A stretch of 64,000 nucleotides of DNA, taken from the IMG/VR virus record IMGVR_UViG_3300045988_154040. One strand, written 5' to 3'. How positions within the stretch are numbered: the first letter of the stretch is position 1; each line of letters opens with the position of its first letter. Below, piece by piece: positions 25,890 through 36,081 of the stretch. Both the position numbers and the translations under genes were made by a program. Source of the stretch: a virus. The notes beneath the pieces were generated by a model. The model was not told the DNA's origin, searched no databases, and saw only the letters and a list, made by a program, of their open reading frames with translations.

Positions 25890-27515
25890 ATGAAAAATAG
25901 TCCAAGGATAATTCCTAACCAACAGCAGAATAATATTTCTGTTTCTGATTCTGTTATGTTATCAGAACAAGAAGCATACGATGTAATAAAATTTGCAAAT
26001 AATTTATACGGCTATGAAAGTTTTGGTGTATATACCCCATGGCTTTCTAATGAAAATTTAATCAATCTTAATAATAATTCACGCATTCCTACTAATGTGG
26101 AATCTATTATTAAAGCATTAAAGGATTATAAAAGAGAAGCTAATAATTTGCAAGCTTACAGTGAGTTTATGGAAGTATTTGATATGCTTTATAATCGAAC
26201 TGTTGAATATTATACAAATCTTCTTTCTTTTGATTTACAAATTACATGTAAAAATGTAAAAAATCCCAAAGAGGATTATACTTCGTCCAGATATTTAGAA
26301 GATAAAGCAAGAGTATATAAGTTTCTTGATAATTTTGACTATAAAGCAGAATTTAGAAGAGTTGTAAAACAGTTGTTGCGCCATGAAACTCATTATGTGA
26401 GTTTTAGAAATAACATGAATAAAAATGACCCTAAATATACATTGCAAACATTACCACAGGACAGATGTTTATTAACAGGATATTTTGAAAGTGGTTTATT
26501 GTTTGATTTTGATATGATGTATTTTATTGGTACACCGGGGGTAGACATAAATTGTTATGACCCTATTTTCAAAAAATACTTAAGTGAAGTATGGGCTACT
26601 CAAGGATTAATGGATTATATTCCTTCTAGTCCTTTAAGTAACAGAGATGGAACATTTACACTTTTTCATCAGACCAGCCCTATGGATAATTTCTGGGCTT
26701 TTAAATTTGATATGTCCAATTTTTCTTCTGTACCTTTCTTATCTCCATTTTTGAAGAATGTTTTTAACAATACAGAAATAGCAAAGTTGCAGAAAAATAA
26801 AGATATTGCTTCGGCTTTTGGTTTGCTGTACGGAGAAATGAGAATGCAGGAAAGTGCTAAATCTGGGGAAGTTCCTGATAGATTTGCATTAAATCCAGGA
26901 ACATTAGGTAAATTTATGAGACTGGTATCCGCAGGATTAAAAAGTTCTATGACTTCTGATTCTGTAATTAAATCTGTGGCACTACCTTTGGAAGAAGCAG
27001 AATTTAAACAGTTTGAAGATAAAAATACAGGAATGGCTATAGATGCCGCTAAAGATACTGTAGCTAACGGGGCCTCTGCCAGTAGACTTTTATATACTAC
27101 GGATAGAATGTCTAATGAAGAATTTATAGCGGCAGTAACAGCAGATTATGAAATTGTAGCAAAACTTTATTCACAGTTTAATAATTTCTTAGAATTTTAT
27201 GTTAATCAGAAAACTAAACAGTATAAATTTAAATTTACTTTTGATGGATGTACTCAACCATTTTGGAGAAAACGTAAACAAGATTCTGTAATGAAACTTG
27301 CTGATGTTGGATTAGTTCTTAATTCAAGTGCATACGCGGCGGCATTTGGATATAAGCCCACAGATTTTGATAGACTGTTAGAAGAAGGACATAATGGAGG
27401 AATGTTAGATAACCTTTCTCAGTTACTTTCTATTCATAATATGTCTAATCCAGGGGGGCGACCTCCTTCTGATGAACCTTTGTCAGATAGTGGAGAGAGA
27501 AGCCGTAACCAATAG
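25890..27515 (+). CDS. portal protein (by size and position)
   Basis: 541-aa ORF directly after terL; no motif independently verified. Confidence 0.65.
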   Translation: MKNSPRIIPNQQQNNISVSDSVMLSEQEAYDVIKFANNLYGYESFGVYTPWLSNENLINLNNNSRIPTNVESIIKALKDYKREANNLQAYSEFMEVFDMLYNRTVEYYTNLLSFDLQITCKNVKNPKEDYTSSRYLEDKARVYKFLDNFDYKAEFRRVVKQLLRHETHYVSFRNNMNKNDPKYTLQTLPQDRCLLTGYFESGLLFDFDMMYFIGTPGVDINCYDPIFKKYLSEVWATQGLMDYIPSSPLSNRDGTFTLFHQTSPMDNFWAFKFDMSNFSSVPFLSPFLKNVFNNTEIAKLQKNKDIASAFGLLYGEMRMQESAKSGEVPDRFALNPGTLGKFMRLVSAGLKSSMTSDSVIKSVALPLEEAEFKQFEDKNTGMAIDAAKDTVANGASASRLLYTTDRMSNEEFIAAVTADYEIVAKLYSQFNNFLEFYVNQKTKQYKFKFTFDGCTQPFWRKRKQDSVMKLADVGLVLNSSAYAAAFGYKPTDFDRLLEEGHNGGMLDNLSQLLSIHNMSNPGGRPPSDEPLSDSGERSRNQ

Positions 27516-27647
27516 GTGGTTACAAGGTGGTACAAGTGATTAGAGCCGTTTTTTAGTCTGAACATGATAAAGTGTTCCAGATAGCGGTTTTTTGAATCTG
27601 TACTATCTTGTACCAATTTATAAAAAAAGAGGGGTGAAATGTAATAT

Positions 27648-28154
27648 ATGTTAATTTCTCAAGAAACAAGTGAAGCTTTGGATATTTTAGTAGGTAAAAT
27701 GTTTGACCTTAATCGAAGTTTTGATAGAGCAGTATCTTGGATGCAGAATGTGTTTAGTATGCCACAAGCCTCAGATATTGTTCATCATAATTTAGCACAT
27801 TTATTTCCTTTATTGGCAGATTCATTAACGGAAATAAAAGACAGATACAATATTCCTTCTGTATATCCAGAAACACATAAAGATGACAGAGAATATGAGA
27901 ATCTTTTTGTTATGTTCACAACACTTTTAAAAGAATGTTCAGACGGTTATGAAATGATTGTAAAAGTGGAGGATATAGCTATTTCTCATAAAGATAAGAA
28001 TGTATTAGCTGATATGGTTGATTTTATGCAGAAATATAATGAACTTATGGGGCAGGTAATTACGTTAAGAGATAAGGCTCAACAGCTTCCTACTGCTTAT
28101 GATGAATTTGATAGGCATATTAAATCTTGGAAGATTGATGGGGTGAAATTGTAA
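27648..28154 (+). CDS. hypothetical head-module protein
   Basis: 168-aa ORF with RBS GAGGGG upstream. Confidence 0.55.
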   Translation: MLISQETSEALDILVGKMFDLNRSFDRAVSWMQNVFSMPQASDIVHHNLAHLFPLLADSLTEIKDRYNIPSVYPETHKDDREYENLFVMFTTLLKECSDGYEMIVKVEDIAISHKDKNVLADMVDFMQKYNELMGQVITLRDKAQQLPTAYDEFDRHIKSWKIDGVKL

Positions 28155-28393
28155 TGGTAGAAAGATGTACCCCAAGTGATATTACTTCGTATTGGGTTGT
28201 AGAAGATACGCAAGAAAATATCATATTACAGAAAAATGAATTATATCCTCGTTATATGGATGAAAAATACTGTTATTATGAATTAAATAAACATTTTGTC
28301 GATGTTTATTTAAAATTAATAAATGAAGATATTTTGTTAAAAAGAATTAATGAATTTAATACCGTAGTAAGAAAGGGGAAGAATAGTGAGTGA
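28154..28393 (+). CDS. hypothetical protein
   Basis: 79-aa ORF translationally coupled on both sides (ATGA/GTGA overlaps). Confidence 0.5.
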   Translation: MVERCTPSDITSYWVVEDTQENIILQKNELYPRYMDEKYCYYELNKHFVDVYLKLINEDILLKRINEFNTVVRKGKNSE

Positions 28394-30186
28394 AAAAGAT
28401 AGAGGATAATAAAACATTAACAGGCACAATTCATAATTTCTCTATTGATTTAATTGAGAATTTCATTGAAGATTCTGACCCAGAATTTGCATACGGCACA
28501 ATGGTATTTTTATCTACAAAGCCAAATTCTCATAAATTGGATATAAGTGAAGATGTTTTACGTGAATGCGCTTCAAGTATATTGGGTAAATGGGTAGTAT
28601 GTAGGGTGAATCCTTATACAAAAGAAGCAGAAGGTCATTCTCCCTTAGAAGTTATTGTAGGGCAAGTTCCTAAAGACCAGGAAATAAAGTTCAGTTATGA
28701 TAAAGACGGTTATTTATTGGCAAGCGCCGATTTTATTTTATCTAAAATTTACGCTGTAGATACTTATAATTTGTTTAAAAATGGTAACTTTAGAAATGTT
28801 TCTGTTGAAATGTTGACTAGCGGAACCATAATGGCAGATGGTAGAGAAGATGAAAAAGATGTTTCTCATTTAAGTATTTGTGGAGTTACTATTTTAGGAA
28901 AAAGAATTAATGGAAGTTGCCCCAGTGCAAACGCTCAGTTAGTTCAGTTTGAAGAAAAAGTAACAGAATTTTATGAAAATCATCATATTAACGAACTAGA
29001 AGCGCTGAAAAAGTTTGCCGAAGAAGGGAGAAAAGCAATGGCAGATAAGATGTATAAAGTAGATAAATCAAAAGATGCAATGTCAGATACTCCATGGGGA
29101 GATATAAACAAAGAAGAATTAAGGAAAAAGATTATGGAAGCTAGTAATAAAGCTTCTTTAGTTAAGGATGTTTATATGGTAGTAGAAGATGGTTGGGAAG
29201 AAGCTCCATCTGAAAAGCTTAAATATCCTGTTATGCAGTTTAAAGGCGATACTTTAGTGTATAACAAAGGTGGTTTGAGTTCTGCTTTAGGTTATGCAAA
29301 AGCAGAAAATGATTCATCAGTAGTTGATAAAGTAGAAAAAATCCGTAAGGATTTAGACATTGAAGATGAAGAAAATAAAGATAATAAGAGTAAAGAAGGG
29401 AAGGAGCGTAAAATGGCGGCAGAAAAATTTGAAATTGAAGGTCGTGAAGCTTGGGGTGAAATAATTAAAAAGGTTCAGTCCCATGAAGGTCAGGGTGTTT
29501 ACGTTGACAGCGTAGAGAAAGACCACATCATTTTTACCAAAGATGATATTCGTTACAAAGTAGAAGCGGATGTAAAAGTGGGAAAAGACGATAAAACCGT
29601 TGATGCGGAAATTCATTGGGATACAAAGAAAAAGGATAAGGTTCAGAAAATGTCTAAAAAGTCCAAGTTAGATGATGACGATGACGACAATGACGATGAA
29701 GGAGATAATAATGAAGATAAAGAGCACAGAGCTAATCTTCGTAAATGTGCTAAATTTATTGAAAAGTTATCTTCTGATGCAAATGTAGATGCTTCTGCAT
29801 ATATGGAAATGTTAGAGAAAGAAGCTGAAAGAAATAAAATTTTAGCTGAAAAACTGGCAGAAAAAGACCATATCATTATGGAACATACTACAGAGCTTGA
29901 AAAGTTAAGAAAATTCAAGGAAGATAAAGACAAGGAAAGAGTTGAAATGGAAGTTTCCAAAACCTTGGAAGAAGTAAAAGAGTTTGTGGATAAGGAATGT
30001 TTTGAAACTCTTAAGACAGAAGGAATGGCTTGTAAGATGGAATCCATTGATGGTTGGAAGAATAAAGCAAAAAGTATGGCTTTTGAAAAGAGCCATGGCA
30101 AGTCACAGAAATTTAGTTCTAATGGTTTGTGGAGAATGGGTGCGCCTGTAGAAATAAAGAAAAATGGCGGCCTGTGGGAAGATTAA
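28390..30186 (+). CDS. prohead protease/scaffold-like fusion protein
   Basis: Lies between portal and capsid genes. It has an acidic tract DDDDDDNDDEGDNNEDKE, a coiled-coil C-terminal third, and the block DTPWGDINK...KLKYPVMQFKGDTLVYNKGGLSSALGYA, which is typical of scaffold/protease proteins (recalled). Confidence 0.45.
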   Translation: MKKIEDNKTLTGTIHNFSIDLIENFIEDSDPEFAYGTMVFLSTKPNSHKLDISEDVLRECASSILGKWVVCRVNPYTKEAEGHSPLEVIVGQVPKDQEIKFSYDKDGYLLASADFILSKIYAVDTYNLFKNGNFRNVSVEMLTSGTIMADGREDEKDVSHLSICGVTILGKRINGSCPSANAQLVQFEEKVTEFYENHHINELEALKKFAEEGRKAMADKMYKVDKSKDAMSDTPWGDINKEELRKKIMEASNKASLVKDVYMVVEDGWEEAPSEKLKYPVMQFKGDTLVYNKGGLSSALGYAKAENDSSVVDKVEKIRKDLDIEDEENKDNKSKEGKERKMAAEKFEIEGREAWGEIIKKVQSHEGQGVYVDSVEKDHIIFTKDDIRYKVEADVKVGKDDKTVDAEIHWDTKKKDKVQKMSKKSKLDDDDDDNDDEGDNNEDKEHRANLRKCAKFIEKLSSDANVDASAYMEMLEKEAERNKILAEKLAEKDHIIMEHTTELEKLRKFKEDKDKERVEMEVSKTLEEVKEFVDKECFETLKTEGMACKMESIDGWKNKAKSMAFEKSHGKSQKFSSNGLWRMGAPVEIKKNGGLWED

Positions 30187-30207
30187 TAAAAAAGGAGAGA
30201 AATTAAT

Positions 30208-30756
30208 ATGGCTAACACGATTTTAGTTTTAACAAGGATTGCGGCTGATAATGTAGATGCTTATAACAGAAGTGCTATTGCAACTACTAATACAATGAAT
30301 GGAACACTGCTTACTTTGGAAACTGGGTTAAGTACGACACCTGGAAAGTCTTTCGTATTTAATGCTACACCTTTAACAGACGCAGATGCGCATAAGCAGT
30401 ACTGGATGGCTTGCTCACCAGAAGTAAATGTTTTAGGGGATGGTACTCTGCTTTATAAGGGTATTAACAATGACCCCAGAAGTTTCTTTAATCCTGCCAA
30501 TGTGGAATTTGATGTATTTGCTGTTCAGATTGGTGATATTGTTCAGGTAAGTGCACCTTTCTTTGCAGAGAATTTTGACCCAGGAACTGTTACTGGTGCA
30601 AAAGTAGTGGAGTATGATGCCGCCAATAAGGGAATGACTGCTAAGACCACTCCTACGGTTGATTATACTGGTATTCAGTTTGAAATCATCAAGAATTTTA
30701 ACTTTGTTGTAGGCAGTGATAGCGTTCCAGGCTGGCTGTTGATGCGTGTAAACTAA
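30208..30756 (+). CDS. head protein (decoration or auxiliary), function unknown
   Basis: 182-aa ORF immediately upstream of the capsid gene; elevated GC like the capsid gene. Confidence 0.5.
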   Translation: MANTILVLTRIAADNVDAYNRSAIATTNTMNGTLLTLETGLSTTPGKSFVFNATPLTDADAHKQYWMACSPEVNVLGDGTLLYKGINNDPRSFFNPANVEFDVFAVQIGDIVQVSAPFFAENFDPGTVTGAKVVEYDAANKGMTAKTTPTVDYTGIQFEIIKNFNFVVGSDSVPGWLLMRVN

Positions 30757-30786
30757 TTAAAAAATAAATAAGGAGAGTATAATTTT

Positions 30787-31890
30787 ATGAGAGACTTAAG
30801 TATTGTAAAGTTTGCCAATGGTAACGATACTACTCTGAAATTCGCTGAAAGATTCAGAGACTATTATTTCCATTTTATGTCAGAAGTTGCTAAGAAGAAT
30901 TTAGGAACTTTTGATTCTTCTGTGTCTTTACAGGCTAAAGAAGATAGAATCAACAAAGATTTTATGACGGAAGTGCAGAGGTTTGCAAATTTCCAGATTC
31001 CTGAGAATCTTGAACCCGCTCATATCGTTACCCATCCTACTATTGGTTGGGCCGCTTTTGCTATTGTGGATATGCTTATCCAGGCAGTTTTACCAGAGAC
31101 AATTATAAACTCTATCGGAACTTATACCGATATTCGTAATATTGGCTGGGGCGATTCCGCACAGTTTGAGATTAAGCCAAGAGCGCTTATGACTATTTCT
31201 ACGGCTGGCCATGGTCAGAGGACTACTTTCAGGCAGAAAGAATTCAGTTCCAATAAAACTCTTTTGCCTGTAAATCACGATATTACTGTATACGCATCTT
31301 TATATAAGGTGCTGGCAGGAAAAGAAACTCTTGCCGATTATGTCCGTAAAGCAATTCTGTCTATGGATACAGAAATGACCCGTGATGCTTATAACGCTTT
31401 CCATGCTGGCTTTAACGCCGCAGATTATCCTTCTGCCCTGGTTAAAACAGGGTACACCCAGGATACGCTTTTAAATCTGTGTCAGGTTGTTACTGCTTAT
31501 AATCAGGGCGATAAAGCGGTTATTGTAGGTACTACTGCCGCTCTGTCTAAGGTTCTTCCTGATGCCGCCGCAGGATACAGAATTGTTACTAATTCAGAAG
31601 CTATTGGAATCCAGCTTATTCGTAACTTCTTTGATTACGATATTCTGGTACTTCCACAGGTGGCTACTGCTAATTACCAGGATTACAGCTTACTTCTGGA
31701 TGATAAGAAGATTCATGTTATTTCTCCATCCACTGATAAGCTGGTTAAGGGTGTTATTGAAGGTGTTACTTTAAACAATAGTAACAACTATTATGACAAT
31801 GCTAACTTAACTTCCAACTCTACTATCAACAAGAGCTGGGCTTTTGAGTTTGTTTCTAATGCTACTGCTGGTCTTTTGAAGTTAGCATAA
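30787..31890 (+). CDS. major capsid protein (by position, size and strong terminator)
   Basis: 367 aa, strong RBS AAGGAGAG, followed by terminator 31912-31947. Confidence 0.6.
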   Translation: MRDLSIVKFANGNDTTLKFAERFRDYYFHFMSEVAKKNLGTFDSSVSLQAKEDRINKDFMTEVQRFANFQIPENLEPAHIVTHPTIGWAAFAIVDMLIQAVLPETIINSIGTYTDIRNIGWGDSAQFEIKPRALMTISTAGHGQRTTFRQKEFSSNKTLLPVNHDITVYASLYKVLAGKETLADYVRKAILSMDTEMTRDAYNAFHAGFNAADYPSALVKTGYTQDTLLNLCQVVTAYNQGDKAVIVGTTAALSKVLPDAAAGYRIVTNSEAIGIQLIRNFFDYDILVLPQVATANYQDYSLLLDDKKIHVISPSTDKLVKGVIEGVTLNNSNNYYDNANLTSNSTINKSWAFEFVSNATAGLLKLA

Positions 31891-31911
31891 GCATAAACCA
31901 TTACTATTTTA

Positions 31912-31947
31912 ACGCTGGGAGAAGTTATTTTCTTCCAGCGTTTTTTT
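31912..31947 (+). terminator. rho-independent terminator after the capsid gene
   Basis: ACGCTGG...CCAGCGT stem followed by T7. Confidence 0.7.
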
Positions 31948-31973
31948 AATTTGAAAGAAAGGAATAAAAGGAT

Positions 31974-32675
31974 ATGGCAAAAACAAGTACAAGTACATCT
32001 GCAACAAAAACTACTACTGTTAAGAAAACAGGAACTTCTATTGAGCCTACAGAAGTAGAAGTAAATGAAATGGAGGAAAATATGGAAAGTAAAACAGTTC
32101 CATCTAACGATGCAATTTTAAGAGAAGAATATGAGAAGCTTTTAGCACAGGTGCAACAGCTTACTCAGTTAGTGAATACAAACATGACCCATACTGAATC
32201 AGCTCCCTATACAAATTCAATGGAAAAAGAAGTTGTTGTAGTGAATATGTGTATGGGAGAATTAAATTTAGCTACAGAAGGAAATGGTAAGGGAACCATT
32301 TATAATTTTAAGCATTTTAATCAGGCTTTAGATATTCCTTTTGGAGATTTAAAGGATATTGTAAGAAATAATGCTCGTTTTGTAGATGAAGGATATTTCT
32401 ATATTGCGGATGCAGAAGCCGTTAAGAGATTAAGAAAGGCTTATAATTACAAGAAAATTTTGGAGCCAGCTACAATAGCTAATATTTTTGATTATGATTC
32501 TAGCACTATTGTTTCTATGTATAAGGACGCACCCAGAGGACAGCAGGAGCTTATTGTTCAGATGATTCGGGATAAGAGATTAAATGCTGAAAAAGTGGAT
32601 GCTAATGTTATGATGGAATTAGGAGAATTAACAGGAATTGATTTTCTGGGAATGGAACCTATAGCTCATAACTAA
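31974..32675 (+). CDS. hypothetical structural-module protein with a Thr/Ser-rich N-terminus
   Basis: The N-terminus is MAKTSTSTSATKTTTVKKTGTS...; 233 aa. Confidence 0.55.
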   Translation: MAKTSTSTSATKTTTVKKTGTSIEPTEVEVNEMEENMESKTVPSNDAILREEYEKLLAQVQQLTQLVNTNMTHTESAPYTNSMEKEVVVVNMCMGELNLATEGNGKGTIYNFKHFNQALDIPFGDLKDIVRNNARFVDEGYFYIADAEAVKRLRKAYNYKKILEPATIANIFDYDSSTIVSMYKDAPRGQQELIVQMIRDKRLNAEKVDANVMMELGELTGIDFLGMEPIAHN

Positions 32676-32699
32676 TTAAAAAATAGGAGGTATACTTTT

Positions 32700-33149
32700 A
32701 TGGCAACTTCCTTTGATGTGATAAAAGATTCTGCTCTTATTATTATCAGAGATTACAAATTGGATAAATTATATCAGACTAATCAAGAGAAGTTTCAAGA
32801 GTATACTGACGGTATCTTGATTAGAGCGATACCAAAATTTATTGAATGCGTCCACCCTTTGGATTATAATATAGCTAACAGAGAATTTATAGGAGATTTA
32901 ACCATACACGAACAAAGCATTTTGGCTGATTGGTTTGTGTATATATGGTTAGAAACTAAAATAAATGATGTAACACAATTTCAACTTCATCTTACTAATA
33001 CAGATTTTAAACATTACGCAGAAGCTAATAACTTACAACAAAAGTCTGAATATTTAGACAGAATAAGAGAAAAGATTAAACAGGATTCAGTTGATTATCA
33101 AGTTTTATATGTAAATCGACTTGAATACTTTAAGGAAATGGTTTATTAA
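32700..33149 (+). CDS. putative head-tail connector/adaptor (position only)
   Basis: 149-aa ORF in the head-completion position. Confidence 0.4.
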   Translation: MATSFDVIKDSALIIIRDYKLDKLYQTNQEKFQEYTDGILIRAIPKFIECVHPLDYNIANREFIGDLTIHEQSILADWFVYIWLETKINDVTQFQLHLTNTDFKHYAEANNLQQKSEYLDRIREKIKQDSVDYQVLYVNRLEYFKEMVY

Positions 33150-33391
33150 TGGACAGAAAATCTATTATAAACAAAATATTTAAAACCCTATATATTTATG
33201 AAGATTCTGTAGAGAAATATTCTAAGTATATAGGGAAGTTATTAGTGTTTTTATCTGGATTAGAAAATGATGAAATTGATAAGGAAGCAATAACCATGGT
33301 AAAGGGATTGAAAGCTTTAGGAACAGAAGTTGACCACGATATGGTTAAATCTACTGTTTTTAAAGTAATCAATATGGTTAAGCTAAAATAA
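33149..33391 (+). CDS. hypothetical protein
   Basis: 80-aa ORF with ATG overlapping the upstream stop. Confidence 0.5.
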   Translation: MDRKSIINKIFKTLYIYEDSVEKYSKYIGKLLVFLSGLENDEIDKEAITMVKGLKALGTEVDHDMVKSTVFKVINMVKLK

Positions 33392-33401
33392 AAAGGGGGA
33401 T

Positions 33402-34679
33402 ATGGTTATGGCTTTGAAATATTATGTAGATTACATTGACAATTTGGCTATGTCTCCTGATAATGAATACAGAAGTAGTATGCAAGCATTGGTAGATGCT
33501 CAATGGGGTAATACCACTACAAGATATACTATTCAAGAAGAAACAAATATAGGAACTTCTGTTTATGAAGATATTGAAGTTTATATCAATCATGTAATTA
33601 ATGAATCTTCTACAGGTCGTAAAAATGGTGATGATTTCAGAAAACTTATTTTTAAAGAAATTATTCAGAGTGGACAAAAGTCATTTAGAAATGCAAGAGG
33701 TCATATGTACAAATTTGATAATAACTATTGGATTACTACATTTACAGATAACTATAATGGGGATTCTGTTTCTGTAGTAGTACGTAGGTGTAATAATATA
33801 GCTAAATATATAGATAAAGAAACAGGAGATATTATAGAAGTTCCGTGTGTATTGGATTATACTGCTACTTCTCCCTCTCCTAAATACAGTGAAGATATAG
33901 TTACTCCTGACAATCATGTTGTTCTTATTGTACAAGGAAATAATAATACAAAATGGTGGAAACAGAATCAAAGGTTTATTTTTAATGGTAGACCTTTTAA
34001 GATTACGGGTTTTAACAATTATTTACAAAATAATTATGTAACCCAAAATACTACAATACTATATTTTGATTTATACCTTGATGAAATTCAGCCGGGGGAT
34101 GATATTGAAAATAGTGTAGCTAATCGTTATGATTATGTTTATTCTGTAAATATTTTACAGGGTAATTTTAGTGCTATGAAAGGTGATTCAGGCACATTAA
34201 CAGCCGAAGTAAGATTGAATAATGAGGTAGTTAATCGACCTATCATATGGAATTGTATACCTCCTACGGGAGCCAATATTGATTCCGAGGGTAATTACAC
34301 TATACTGGGTAATCCTGGAACAGAAATGCAATTTACAGCCAGTATAAGTCAGTACGAACAAGTACTAGGTAGTGTAACATGTCAAGTGGTGGAATCCTTG
34401 CCTAAGATTAAGAAGCTTGTAATCGACCCTGTACTTGCTTCTATACCACAGGGGCAGAGCAAAACTTTCAGTGTAAATCTTTATATTGATGGTATTAAAC
34501 AAACAGATATTGTAGATTATTCAATTAAGGGATTGGCTTCAAGTTATTATGACTTGAAAAGAAACGGCAATAATTTTACTGTTTCCGCTTTAAGAGCGTC
34601 TACAATTCCATTGATTTTCACTTTTTCTATTGGCGACATAAGTGAAACATTGGAAATTAAGTTAAAATCGGCATTCTAA
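33402..34679 (+). CDS. structural protein with C-terminal Ig-like (Big_2-type) repeats
   Basis: The C-terminal half has beta-rich repeats (GDSGTLTAEVRLNNE..., IPQGQSKTFSVNLYIDG...). Confidence 0.5.
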   Translation: MVMALKYYVDYIDNLAMSPDNEYRSSMQALVDAQWGNTTTRYTIQEETNIGTSVYEDIEVYINHVINESSTGRKNGDDFRKLIFKEIIQSGQKSFRNARGHMYKFDNNYWITTFTDNYNGDSVSVVVRRCNNIAKYIDKETGDIIEVPCVLDYTATSPSPKYSEDIVTPDNHVVLIVQGNNNTKWWKQNQRFIFNGRPFKITGFNNYLQNNYVTQNTTILYFDLYLDEIQPGDDIENSVANRYDYVYSVNILQGNFSAMKGDSGTLTAEVRLNNEVVNRPIIWNCIPPTGANIDSEGNYTILGNPGTEMQFTASISQYEQVLGSVTCQVVESLPKIKKLVIDPVLASIPQGQSKTFSVNLYIDGIKQTDIVDYSIKGLASSYYDLKRNGNNFTVSALRASTIPLIFTFSIGDISETLEIKLKSAF

Positions 34680-34690
34680 GGAGGGACGTT

Positions 34691-35260
34691 ATGTTTAACA
34701 ATTTTGCAATGTTGCCATCCGTCCCTTATAACATTATAATGACGTTGGCACAAAATAATGAAAATATCTTTAAAATGCTAAAGTATAATACTTATGATTG
34801 TTTATCCCAGCCTAATTTAACATTTGAAGAAAAAATGGAAATGATTTATAAAAATCAAGACCAGCAACAAGACTATAGGATTTTTCTTAATCCTTTAGTT
34901 GAGAATATGCAATATGATGCTACTACAATTTTAAAATGTTTTCGCTATGATAATTGGCCTAAAAATCATTTGATTGCTGTAGTGGTATATGAGTTTGACA
35001 TTCTTTTTGGTGATAAGATAGCCATGGTAGAATACAATGGAATCCCTTGTAATAGAGCAGACGTTATGGAAATGGAAATAATGAAAACTCTTAATGGGGC
35101 TGATATTGGTGGTATTGGACAATTTCAGTTTAATGCTGATTTATCTCAGTATTGTCGTTCAAGAATGGCTTTAAATAACACAAGAAATTATAACGGATGT
35201 ACTATTTTTATGGCAGTACAAATTGGTTCTATAGGTGAAAGTGGGTGTTTTAATGTTTGA
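34691..35260 (+). CDS. hypothetical neck/tail-completion protein
   Basis: 189-aa ORF in the morphogenesis block. Confidence 0.5.
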   Translation: MFNNFAMLPSVPYNIIMTLAQNNENIFKMLKYNTYDCLSQPNLTFEEKMEMIYKNQDQQQDYRIFLNPLVENMQYDATTILKCFRYDNWPKNHLIAVVVYEFDILFGDKIAMVEYNGIPCNRADVMEMEIMKTLNGADIGGIGQFQFNADLSQYCRSRMALNNTRNYNGCTIFMAVQIGSIGESGCFNV

Positions 35261-36053
35261 TATAAGTCCTTATCAGAATTATATTGAAATTGATTCACCC
35301 ATTCCTTATGCAACTAGAAAAAAAGAAACTATAATGTTATATCCTGTTTTCACAAAAGATGCTAATAAATTTGTTCCTTCTTATGATATTTTAAGAATTG
35401 ATAAGAATAAAATTGGAGATATTAATATTATCCAAAGTTCTTATTTGCAATTTTTATTACAGGTTGTTTTGTACGATGATTTATTTGGGGGAGCAGATGG
35501 GGTTAAAGCACCTCATACAATTTTTTATTGGAAATTTATACGAATTTTGGAACTATGTTTTCAATTAGATAATATAAGTGAACAATTCTTAATAAAAATA
35601 AATGACAAAGGAAAATTTGTTTTGTTCATTAAAGATATCTTGATAGATTATAAAGATTTTAATAATATAATTCAGTTAATTATGTATCAAAATGTTTATG
35701 GCTATGAAGATGATACTGACATGAATCCAGATATTAAAGAAGCCATAGATGAATATTATGCTTTGGTAAATAAGGGTAAAGAAACGGTTACTCTTGAGCG
35801 TAAAATTTCTATTGTTACGGCTCATACTGGTATATTAAAAAAAGAATTGTTACTTATGACTTATTATAGTTTTATGTCCTTATTTGAAGCAGTAGTCGAT
35901 GAAATAGATTATGTGGTAAATAAGAATATTGAAGCTAATGGAGGTAAATTTAAACAACCTATAGAACATTTTGTATATAGAGATAAAAAGAGTAAATATT
36001 CTAATGCTTTTGGAAAGAAAGAGAGTTTAGAAAAAGGATTCAAAAAAATATAA
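35235..36053 (+). CDS. hypothetical neck/tail-completion protein
   Basis: 272-aa ORF overlapping the upstream gene. Confidence 0.5.
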   Translation: MKVGVLMFDISPYQNYIEIDSPIPYATRKKETIMLYPVFTKDANKFVPSYDILRIDKNKIGDINIIQSSYLQFLLQVVLYDDLFGGADGVKAPHTIFYWKFIRILELCFQLDNISEQFLIKINDKGKFVLFIKDILIDYKDFNNIIQLIMYQNVYGYEDDTDMNPDIKEAIDEYYALVNKGKETVTLERKISIVTAHTGILKKELLLMTYYSFMSLFEAVVDEIDYVVNKNIEANGGKFKQPIEHFVYRDKKSKYSNAFGKKESLEKGFKKI

Positions 36054-36081
36054 TTTTTTAAATAAGAAAGGGGCAAAATAA

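Noticed and set aside
29353-30101. Minus-strand ORFs inside the scaffold/protease gene, plus similar antisense ORFs at 33378-33971, 35909-36395, 42392-42595, 44961-45171 and 51362-51619
   Set aside because: They are antisense to long, well-supported structural genes, have skewed low-complexity products, and lack translation signals.
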